Virus record (IMG/VR): IMGVR_UViG_3300044946_000158
Location: 1-63,134 of that record
Source: a virus
Lineage: Duplodnaviria; Caudoviricetes
Strand: one strand, 5' to 3'
Length of the DNA: 63,134 nucleotides
A program made the position numbers and the translations under genes. The notes beneath the pieces were generated by a model. The model saw only the letters and a program-made list of their open reading frames with translations, made no database searches and was not told the DNA's origin. Below are positions 7,295 to 15,075 of the stretch, piece after piece. Within the stretch, counting starts at the first letter, position 1. Each line of letters begins with the position of its first letter.

Positions 7295-10200
7295 CCGCGC
7301 GGTCTAAGCCGGATAGTTGTGTCGGATGCCCATGTTTTTCCATGGGCACGGATTTCAGCGAAATCGAAGGCACGGGCTCGCTCGGCGTGATGCTCGTGGG
7401 GGAGGCCAGTGGTGAGCATGAGCAACGCGATCAACTACCCTTTCGGCCATACGCACCGGCTGGTGGTGTACTCGAACGCGTCCTTCGTCGTATGGGGGTG
7501 GACCGCCAACAGTTGGCCACGACTAATTGCTTGCGCTGCCGCCCCCGGAATAATTGGCTTGAAGGTGCGCCGTGGGAGTTTTCGGCACTCACACAATGTC
7601 GTCCAAATCTGGATGCCGCAATTTCTAGTCGTAAGCCTCGTGCGATTGTTGCGCTGGGCGGCATCGCGACGCGAGAACTCACAGGACAAGCTGGCGAAGC
7701 GCGGGGCGTGACGCATCTCGCGGGATACGTGCTCCCGCTGATGGGAGGCCTACGCAAGGTCCGGCATCCCTGTACTGAGTCTAACGAAGCAGACGGCACG
7801 CATCATCCGCATTGCCTGCTGTGTGGCGGAGAGGGCTGGTGGGAAACCGAGGAGCCTGCTGCTGCCTCTAACGCTGTGCCCATTATCCCCAATTTTCATC
7901 CGGCATTTATCAGGCGCGGAAAAGCAAGTCACATCGGCGTCTTCTCGCGCATCCTGCAACGTGCCATCAATATCGCCAAGGGAACTGACAAGAATTGGAT
8001 ATGGAACGTGGACCCGGAGGTGCACAGTGCCCAGCTTGGATACCGAACTCGCCCGACTCGACAAGATGCCGAGGACTACGCAACTCGACTGGCTGCGCTA
8101 CCTGCGGAAGAACTTAGCTACGATATTGAAACATCTGAATCGGCTTCCCTTGACGAGGATGCCCGAGAAGGATTTACTAATACTCAACTGGAACTTGTGC
8201 AATTTTCTGCTGGGCCGCTCGGTAGCATCGCCATCCCCTGGCGCGACGAATTCAAGCCCACCATCCAGCGGCTCCTGCACTCCCCCAATCCCAAGTGTGG
8301 CCACAACGTCTGGCTGTTCGACAACAAAGTCCTCCGTGCGGCGGGCGTCCGTGAAGCGCTCGACCTCACGCCGAAGGGGATAATCCATGACACGCTCGCG
8401 ATGTTTCATCACTGGCAGCCTGACCTGCCTGCTCACCTTCAATTTGCTGCTTCGTTCGTCCAATTCCCGTTCCCTTGGAAACATCTCGCTGGCACTAACC
8501 TGCCTTTCTACGGCTGCGCTGATGTGGACGCTACTCTACGGCTATACGCCATGCTTGAGGCTACGCTGAAGCGCGACGGCATCTGGCAGGGCTACATGTC
8601 ACAGGTCTACGAGGTTAGGCCCGTGCTGGCCGCGATGGAATCCCGCGGCATGCCCATCGACGACGCTGCACGCGTGGCGCTCGGCCGTGAATTCGAAATC
8701 GCGCAGGCGGAAATCGGACGCAAAATCGCTGCGCAGGTCCCACCGGACTGTGGCCTGATAGACGTGTTCGCAGGCTTGAATCCCGAACTCCGCAAATGGT
8801 TCATCGACCACGGCACGCAGCCAAAGTTCTGGCAGAAACATCCGCAGGACGAAGTGTGTGAGATGATGGTCACTCCGCGCTACGACGATGAAGGCAAGTG
8901 CTATCACTACGAGTACCGCAAGGTAAAGGTCGCAGGCGTGGACGCAGCAGGCGAGCCGTGTGAGGTCGAGGAAAGCCGCTGGTGCCGGGTGTGGGACTTC
9001 AACCCCAACTCCCGCCCGCAAGTCATCGCCTACATGAACGCCAAAGGTCACCCGGTCCCGAAGGACCGCCATCGCGAGGACGACGATGGCAACAATCCCG
9101 AGACCACCGCCGAGAAGGAACTCCGCAGGCTCGCGAACAAGACCGGGGACACCTTCTACCTGGACGTGATCGAATATCGCGGGATGACCAAGCTCCGTGG
9201 GACCTACGTGGACGGCTTCGCGCCTGGACCCGACGGCTGCGTGCATACCACGTTTACGTTTGGCTCGGCCATCGCGCAACTGACCTCCCGTAATCCCAAC
9301 ACGCAGAACTTCCCGAAGCTGAAGCCGACCGTGGCGCTCGCGACGGCCATGCGCCGGATGGTAGCCGCGAAGCCAGGTAAGGTCATCACCGAGTGGGATT
9401 ACAAATCCTGTCACGTCCAGACCCTGGGCTTTCTCGCCGAGGACCTGAACTACATGCGCATGGGCCGTCTCGACATTCATTCCTTCGTCGCCGGCCATTT
9501 CCTGAACCTGTGGGATGGCCGCAAAATCATCCACGAATCCGACGACGAACTCCGCGCGCGCTTCAAATGGCTCAAGTCCGACCCCGAACGCAAGCGGGTG
9601 CGCGATGACCAAGCCAAGCACGCGATTCTCGGCATCGGCAACGGCCTCAAGGCTCGCGGCTTGTTCGAGCGCTACATGGAATCCTTCCCGCCGCGACCAT
9701 GTCCAGCATGCTCCGGCACTGGCAAGGTACCCGGCGTGCGCGGCCTGAAACATTGCCCGGCCTGCAAGGGCCTCGCGTTCATCCCCGGTCAGCGCATCGC
9801 GGAGGAAGTGCTGGAAATTTGCGAGCTATTATTCACGAAAGTGTTCGAGTTCCAGCGCCGCGAGGTCAAGGTCGCGCACGAGCAGCAATATCTCAAGACT
9901 GATTTCGGCCACCTGCGACGGTTCTATGAGGTATTCCGCTGGGACCCCCGCAAGGGCGCCATGGCTCCCGGCGACCAGCACGAGGAAGCCATCGCGTATC
10001 GCCTCGCGAACATTGCGCACGCGCATCTCCGCGAAGCCATGAAGGAACTTGGGCGACGTGGGCTCGACGAGAAGTATGGGATGTACAATCAAATCCACGA
10101 CGCTCTGCAATTCCATTTCGATGAGCGCCTCTTGGACGAGCACGTGCAGGAGATACGCGAGGTCCTAGTCGCGCCGTCGAAGGTCCTGCGGCATCCGACC

Positions 10201-10299
10201 ATCTGCCCCGATGGCTTGGTGATTGATGTGGAAGCCGCATACGGACGCACATGGGCAATGATGGAGCCGTTGAACGTGAAACAGGAGGCCGTCGCATGA
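7291..10299 (+). CDS. family-A DNA polymerase with N-terminal family-4 uracil-DNA-glycosylase-like domain and 3'-5' exonuclease
   Basis: UDG: CxxCxC, GEASGEHE..PF, TN..RCRP, VALGG.A, HPAF; Exo I-III: YDIET, GHN..FD, Y...D; Pol: NPNTQNFP, WDY, DIH, AK...G...G, QIHD. Start at 7291 chosen from the ATGA overlap. Confidence 0.9.
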   Translation: MTARSKPDSCVGCPCFSMGTDFSEIEGTGSLGVMLVGEASGEHEQRDQLPFRPYAPAGGVLERVLRRMGVDRQQLATTNCLRCRPRNNWLEGAPWEFSALTQCRPNLDAAISSRKPRAIVALGGIATRELTGQAGEARGVTHLAGYVLPLMGGLRKVRHPCTESNEADGTHHPHCLLCGGEGWWETEEPAAASNAVPIIPNFHPAFIRRGKASHIGVFSRILQRAINIAKGTDKNWIWNVDPEVHSAQLGYRTRPTRQDAEDYATRLAALPAEELSYDIETSESASLDEDAREGFTNTQLELVQFSAGPLGSIAIPWRDEFKPTIQRLLHSPNPKCGHNVWLFDNKVLRAAGVREALDLTPKGIIHDTLAMFHHWQPDLPAHLQFAASFVQFPFPWKHLAGTNLPFYGCADVDATLRLYAMLEATLKRDGIWQGYMSQVYEVRPVLAAMESRGMPIDDAARVALGREFEIAQAEIGRKIAAQVPPDCGLIDVFAGLNPELRKWFIDHGTQPKFWQKHPQDEVCEMMVTPRYDDEGKCYHYEYRKVKVAGVDAAGEPCEVEESRWCRVWDFNPNSRPQVIAYMNAKGHPVPKDRHREDDDGNNPETTAEKELRRLANKTGDTFYLDVIEYRGMTKLRGTYVDGFAPGPDGCVHTTFTFGSAIAQLTSRNPNTQNFPKLKPTVALATAMRRMVAAKPGKVITEWDYKSCHVQTLGFLAEDLNYMRMGRLDIHSFVAGHFLNLWDGRKIIHESDDELRARFKWLKSDPERKRVRDDQAKHAILGIGNGLKARGLFERYMESFPPRPCPACSGTGKVPGVRGLKHCPACKGLAFIPGQRIAEEVLEICELLFTKVFEFQRREVKVAHEQQYLKTDFGHLRRFYEVFRWDPRKGAMAPGDQHEEAIAYRLANIAHAHLREAMKELGRRGLDEKYGMYNQIHDALQFHFDERLLDEHVQEIREVLVAPSKVLRHPTICPDGLVIDVEAAYGRTWAMMEPLNVKQEAVA

Positions 10300-10544
10300 T
10301 ACGCACACTGCTACTTTCCGCACTATTATTTCTCATTCCCGTCACGCTGATGCTGGCCCCGTCGCTGGTGAGTCAAGAAAAACCCTCAGAGAATAAAATA
10401 CTTATCCTTTGCGCACCGACCGACCTTGAGTCACAAGAACATCCCGTGCGCTTGTCCAGCCAAAGAATAGAAGCCTGCCTTTATACCCTAAAAAGCGGAG
10501 AAACTGAGATTAACAAATGCGGACTTCCTACGGTAAAAAAATGA
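10296..10544 (+). CDS. small exported protein
   Basis: SD AGGAGG; N-terminal hydrophobic segment. Confidence 0.65.
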   Translation: MIRTLLLSALLFLIPVTLMLAPSLVSQEKPSENKILILCAPTDLESQEHPVRLSSQRIEACLYTLKSGETEINKCGLPTVKK

Positions 10545-11083
10545 AAACTCTACTTGTAATCGCATTGCTTGCTATGCTGGCCGGAACCGTCAAAGCGGAC
10601 CAAACCTGGACCTACGCCGGGAACGCTATCGACTACGCCATAGGCACGAATCCCGGTCCTATCGGCCTGAACCCCTGCGGCTGCGCTCTGGACGGCACGC
10701 TCACACTGGACGCCAATGACACGGTTACGTCCTACAGCTTCACGGTAGGCGCAGACACGCTGACGCAGTTCAATTCCACAGGCTTGCTGGGCAAGGACCC
10801 GTTCGCCGTCTTCAATCCAGCCGATAACTACTTCCGCTGGGCCTTAAATCTCATCGGCGCGGACGGCACCGTAATGCATTCGCAATTCGATGGCTCTGTG
10901 AGTGACGCGATGGATTGGTCATCCAGCGGACTGTTCGTCGAAGCTGATCCGGGCACGTGGGCGGACCCGCTCGCGACGCCTGAGCCCGGCACGCTCGCGG
11001 TCTCGGCAATTGCGCTGGCGCTATTCGTTCTGGTGTACTACCATTCCACTCGAAGGGAGTCTTACACATGCAGATGCAAATGA
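10541..11083 (+). CDS. PEP-CTERM-like sorted surface protein
   Basis: Signal peptide ending VKA|D; C-terminal TPEPGT + TM helix + basic residues (RR, RCK). Confidence 0.75.
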   Translation: MKTLLVIALLAMLAGTVKADQTWTYAGNAIDYAIGTNPGPIGLNPCGCALDGTLTLDANDTVTSYSFTVGADTLTQFNSTGLLGKDPFAVFNPADNYFRWALNLIGADGTVMHSQFDGSVSDAMDWSSSGLFVEADPGTWADPLATPEPGTLAVSAIALALFVLVYYHSTRRESYTCRCK

Positions 11084-11682
11084 ACCGTCGTGAATTCACG
11101 GGCCACTTGGCTATGGGAGCATTTGTAGCGACTGCTGCTGTAGCTACCGCAGGAGTAACTTGTAACGTACCGAACTGGGTAGATACGGCTGTTAACGATT
11201 TGCCCACTATCCTAAATATTGCTACAACGGTCGCTACTATTGTGGCTAACGCGGCCACAGGCGGAGCGCTTACCCCCGCGATTGCCGCAATCATCGCCAC
11301 GGCGACAGCAGCGGTGAATGTCGCTATTCCAGTGATTCAAGACTTGATAGCGAAATACAAAGCCAATCCCACCGCAGGCATCATCGACAACATCAAGACC
11401 GCGCTGCTCGACGTGCAGAACCAGCTCGGGCAGATCCTCACCGCCGCGCATGTGGTCAACGCCACCTTGCGAGCCGTGATTACTACCTCCATGGGCCTCG
11501 CGATTGGCGTAATCACCGCGATTCTGTCACTCTTACCCGCGCCCGCTGTCGTGGCTGGGGCACTCAAGGCTCAGGCGGCCGCGCAATCCGGCTGGGTAAA
11601 GAATCCTACCAGCCCGACCACGATCAATGCCCAGCTTAATGCCTTCTTGCAAGCGAATGGCTACGGGAAATTCGTCCATTGA
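11068..11682 (+). CDS. twin-arginine signal, putative lipoprotein/amphipathic membrane protein
   Basis: SD AAGGGAG; NRREF Tat-like motif, h-region, GVTC lipobox-like site, Ala/Ile-rich helices. Confidence 0.7.
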   Translation: MQMQMNRREFTGHLAMGAFVATAAVATAGVTCNVPNWVDTAVNDLPTILNIATTVATIVANAATGGALTPAIAAIIATATAAVNVAIPVIQDLIAKYKANPTAGIIDNIKTALLDVQNQLGQILTAAHVVNATLRAVITTSMGLAIGVITAILSLLPAPAVVAGALKAQAAAQSGWVKNPTSPTTINAQLNAFLQANGYGKFVH

Positions 11683-11888
11683 TAACGCTGACGCTCGCCG
11701 CCAGCCTGAACGATGACAAGTGTCTCGTGATGGAGGATGCCGTCCAGTTCTGTGCGACGGACTCCTCCCAGCCTAATACGGCCACGGTGATTTATTTCGA
11801 GTCCGGCGCGACGCTCTTGGTGAAGGAAACTCTGGAGGAGGTGCGCGATGCTATTTACAGGGAAACTACCCGCCCGGTTTCATCCTAA
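11679..11888 (+). CDS. small FlbD-like phage protein
   Basis: TVIYFESG.TLLVKETLEEVRDAI motif; TTGA overlap. Confidence 0.6.
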   Translation: MITLTLAASLNDDKCLVMEDAVQFCATDSSQPNTATVIYFESGATLLVKETLEEVRDAIYRETTRPVSS

Positions 11889-12615
11889 GACGCTCTGCGC
11901 CGAGCGCTACTTCGGGGAGGCTCTGCTGTCGCCTCCTACTGGCGCTCCTCCTGTACCTGAGAAAGTTTTCTGGGGCTATAAAATCCCCGCTGACCAGTGG
12001 CAAATGTTTGGGAACGACGTAGCGGGCGATTGCCCGATAGCCAAGACCTTCCACGCCATCATGAACTGGACCGCGCACACTGGCACGATGAAGACGTTTA
12101 CCAACCAGCAGGCTCTGGACATCTACACCGAACTGACCGGCTGGAATCCGCTTACTGGGGCCAATGATACCGGGCTAGTGCTGACCGACCTGTACGACCG
12201 CTGGCAGACCACTGGCATCTGCGGCGATAAAATCCTCGGCTGGATGGCCTTCAATCCCGCCGCGCCCAATCGCATTGAGCAGATCATTTGGGCGTGTGGG
12301 ATGGCCGATATTGGTATCCGCTTTCCCGACTCCGCGATGGTCCAGTTCAATGCTGGAGAAGCCTGGAGCGTGGTTCCTGGCACGCCGATGCCCGATGACG
12401 GCCACAATGTTCCGCTGTTCAACTTCGGCTCGGCAGGGTATCAGTGCGTAACCTGGTCCAAGCTACAAGCCATCCTGAAAGCGTTCATCGTGACCTATTG
12501 CGACGAAGCCTATGGTCCGATTCATGAAAGCTGGTTCGACATGACTACCGGCATGTCACCCAGTCATTTCAACCGCGACCAAGTGTGGGCGGATGTGAAG
12601 GCTCAGGCGGCATGA
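11848..12615 (+). CDS. papain-fold-like cysteine peptidase
   Basis: SD GGAGGAGG; MFGND..GDC (Cys), GHNV (His), CVTW motifs. Confidence 0.6.
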   Translation: MLFTGKLPARFHPKTLCAERYFGEALLSPPTGAPPVPEKVFWGYKIPADQWQMFGNDVAGDCPIAKTFHAIMNWTAHTGTMKTFTNQQALDIYTELTGWNPLTGANDTGLVLTDLYDRWQTTGICGDKILGWMAFNPAAPNRIEQIIWACGMADIGIRFPDSAMVQFNAGEAWSVVPGTPMPDDGHNVPLFNFGSAGYQCVTWSKLQAILKAFIVTYCDEAYGPIHESWFDMTTGMSPSHFNRDQVWADVKAQAA

Positions 12616-13031
12616 GCAGCAAATCGCTCGACGACCTGCAGCCGGACGTGCGCCTCCTGTGCATCAGCCTCATGCAGAAGGCAGCGCTGGGGGATATGCA
12701 TACCACACTCATCGACACCCTACGCACGGAACCCGAGCAGGTAGCGGACGTGGCCAAAGGCGTGTCATGGACAATGGACTCGCTGCATCTGCCGCAGCCA
12801 CCGGACGGTCGCGCGCGTGCGTTCGACCTAGCGCCGACAATTGTGCTCACAATTAAAAACTGGGGACCGGACCGCCCGGAATGGCAGCAGCTCGGAGCGT
12901 GGGGCGAGGAATTAGGTCTCGAATGGGGTGGGAGATTTCCGCACCCCGACCCGAGTCACTTCCAGTTACGTCATCCGTCAGCCGCAGTGCGGCAAGCGCA
13001 GGTTCCCGCCGTTACCGAACAGCAAGTATAG
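12612..13031 (+). CDS. M15-family endolysin (L-Ala-D-Glu peptidase type)
   Basis: LRT...Q, SLH...AFD, GLEWGG, DPSHFQ zinc-peptidase motifs. Confidence 0.85.
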   Translation: MSSKSLDDLQPDVRLLCISLMQKAALGDMHTTLIDTLRTEPEQVADVAKGVSWTMDSLHLPQPPDGRARAFDLAPTIVLTIKNWGPDRPEWQQLGAWGEELGLEWGGRFPHPDPSHFQLRHPSAAVRQAQVPAVTEQQV

Positions 13032-13154
13032 CACCAGCAGCACCAGCAGCAGTCCGCCGAGGCCGAAGCCTTGCGTGCGGTATGCGCCGTTGTTGTACCA
13101 GTACCCGCCACCGAAAAAGAACAGCAGGATGATGATTAATAGTATGAATAACAT
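12978..13154 (-). CDS. 58-aa two-TM glycine-rich membrane protein (DUF3309-like)
   Basis: Reverse strand reads MLFILLIIILLFFFGGGYWYNNGAYRTQGFGLGGLLLVLLVLYLLFG...; below the ORF-track cutoff. Confidence 0.7.
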   Translation of the reverse strand: MLFILLIIILLFFFGGGYWYNNGAYRTQGFGLGGLLLVLLVLYLLFGNGGNLRLPHCG

Positions 13155-13160
13155 GGTCGG

Positions 13161-13991
13161 TTAGCTCGTCTGCGTCAGCTTGAAGCTGAGCTTCCCGGCG
13201 GGTGCGGTCACGACCACCGTCGCGCTAGCGCTGGCCACCTTGCCCGACGCATCACTCACCGTCACCGTGTATGTCCCGGCCGCCGTGTAGCTGACGGTCA
13301 CCGTGGAATTATCCGCCGAAATGCTCCCGGTCGCGCCGGTAGTCCCGCCATTGCCGTCCACGACCGCGACACTTGGCGTCACTCCTGCTGGGAGAGGCTG
13401 CGTCGCGCCGGTCTGGTCCACCACCGTCAGCCCGAAGGTGCTAGGTGTACCGACTACGCCCGTGCCATCACTCCCCGAGGCTCCCCCCGCAGTTGTGAGG
13501 GTTCCGCCGGTGACCACCGCAGTGTCCGCGCCGGCCTGCGTGAACGTGAAATTACTCGGCCCGAATCCCGCCGACGCTACCACTGCCGCGCCTTGCGCCG
13601 AATTAAGCGTGGGATCGCTGACGCCTGAGATGGCGAAGCTGTCCCCCACGTTCAACCCGTGCGGCGTCGCGGTCATTACCCCGGTCGTGCCGCCTACTCT
13701 CTGAATGCTGCTGATTTGTATCGTAGCCATGGTATCTCCTTGTTGTAGTATCAATCTGAAAGCTAACTTGGCCCCGCCCTGCAACTTTTCGAGTATCGCC
13801 GCCAGTGCTGCCAAGACCTTGTGCTGGAACCGCCGCTCCTCATGTTCCTCATGCCAGTCCTCGCGGCCCTCGCGGATGCGCTCGTTGCGATACTCGCGAC
13901 CCAGTTCCGTGTTGTATTGCTGGCGCTTGGCTTCGATTTCATCCAGTGCCTGCCGCCGCCTGCGTTCCTCGTGCTCGCTCTCCATCGTCAT
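13161..13991 (-). CDS. beta-rich/Ig-like protein with charged N-terminal extension; strong internal start at 13730
   Basis: SD AAGGAGA before ATG 13730 inside an uninterrupted frame; Thr/Gly/Val-rich Ig-like C-terminus. Confidence 0.7.
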   Translation of the reverse strand: MTMESEHEERRRRQALDEIEAKRQQYNTELGREYRNERIREGREDWHEEHEERRFQHKVLAALAAILEKLQGGAKLAFRLILQQGDTMATIQISSIQRVGGTTGVMTATPHGLNVGDSFAISGVSDPTLNSAQGAAVVASAGFGPSNFTFTQAGADTAVVTGGTLTTAGGASGSDGTGVVGTPSTFGLTVVDQTGATQPLPAGVTPSVAVVDGNGGTTGATGSISADNSTVTVSYTAAGTYTVTVSDASGKVASASATVVVTAPAGKLSFKLTQTS

Positions 13992-14019
13992 GGCCCCCGC
14001 TATTACTATAGCCCCGATG

Positions 14020-14532
14020 TCAATGGCCCCGGCTGAAGAATGCAGCTACCGCGATTATTAGGGAAATAACCGTGCCAATGGCTGCAAACACTGCAAAAAA
14101 ACTATGCGTCCCAGCTTCCTTCTGCAATTCCTTACCTATGCCGCCACTGCGGAACTCCCGCAGCCCCACGATTTCCTTCTTCATCTCGTCAATCTTACTC
14201 TCAATAGCCTTAAACTTGGCGTCGGCTTCCTCGCGTGGCAAGAGCGTTGCGGCCTGGTCCTTGAGGCTACCCCGAAACTCATTTACACTGTCGAACCTCT
14301 TTTCTGTGGCTGTCTCTGCTTTGCTGACCGCCTTCTCACTGGCGGTCAGCGCGAGCGAGGTCTTTTCATCCATAGCCCGGAAACGTTCCTCATACCGACG
14401 GTCTCGTTCGTCGGCCAGCTTCGCTAAGCTGTCTACTTTTTCCTCCAAAAGTTCCTTGAGGTCATCCAGATGACTGACCAGTTCCTTGAGGTCCGGCACA
14501 TTGGCACGTCCAGCATTTTCAGATACCGGCAT
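14020..14532 (-). CDS. coiled-coil protein with C-terminal TM (lysis-region membrane protein)
   Basis: ASEKAVSKAETATEKRFDSVNEFR helix; C-terminal hydrophobic segment. Confidence 0.7.
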   Translation of the reverse strand: MPVSENAGRANVPDLKELVSHLDDLKELLEEKVDSLAKLADERDRRYEERFRAMDEKTSLALTASEKAVSKAETATEKRFDSVNEFRGSLKDQAATLLPREEADAKFKAIESKIDEMKKEIVGLREFRSGGIGKELQKEAGTHSFFAVFAAIGTVISLIIAVAAFFSRGH

Positions 14533-15062
14533 TAGGGCTTGACCTCTGGTGGCACTGTATCCGGCACCAAGTCTTGGGCCTTGGCCACCTGTTTCACGAC
14601 TTCCTTATTGGCCGCAGCAGCATCGGCAGCCGCGCCCGCAGCCCTATCTAGTTGCTTCTGCAACTTGTCGCCTTGCAGCTTCGGCACGTTCTCGGCAATC
14701 CAGTCGCGTAACCAACTAGGCAGCTTCTGTGACATGGCCAGCCAGTCCAACAGAGAATCCACTGAATATCCGACCAGCATGGAAATCAGCGGATTATCCG
14801 GCACGCTGAACCAACTAGGCGGCGTCCATCCTGTCCAACTTACGAGATGCACGAATCCGTAATGCCGGTAGCCGTAGAAAATCGGTATCTCGATGGCCGT
14901 GCGAATCAGGTAGGTATCCCAGTTCGCCTTGAAGTAATCACGCCGGCGAGTGATATTCGTCGACGGATTGCGCATGGCCGACCCCGCACGTTTCAGCAGG
15001 AACAGAAACTGGCCCAGCAGAAACGCAGCGTAATTTAGAGCATCACTCTCGATTGGCGTCAT
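14532..15062 (-). CDS. holin-like membrane protein
   Basis: 2-3 hydrophobic segments, GYSVDS motif, position at the end of the late arm near the endolysin. Confidence 0.5.
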   Translation of the reverse strand: MTPIESDALNYAAFLLGQFLFLLKRAGSAMRNPSTNITRRRDYFKANWDTYLIRTAIEIPIFYGYRHYGFVHLVSWTGWTPPSWFSVPDNPLISMLVGYSVDSLLDWLAMSQKLPSWLRDWIAENVPKLQGDKLQKQLDRAAGAAADAAAANKEVVKQVAKAQDLVPDTVPPEVKP

Positions 15063-15075
15063 CTACTGTATCCCC

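Noticed and set aside
9616-9642. Leu762 as evidence of a temperate lifestyle
   Set aside because: Only a statistical association; no integrase, repressor or partition genes are seen, and the whole motif is atypical
8599-9753. 384-aa antisense ORF (and similar shadow ORFs elsewhere)
   Set aside because: Mirror frame of a high-GC gene with no SD or motifs
7291-10299. DpoZ / 2-aminoadenine system
   Set aside because: No PurZ, dATPase or MazZ-like gene recognised; no nucleotide-modification pathway visible
13995-14025. TTGACA on the - strand as an internal promoter
   Set aside because: Candidate -10 hexamers lie only 7-12 nt away; spacing is wrong
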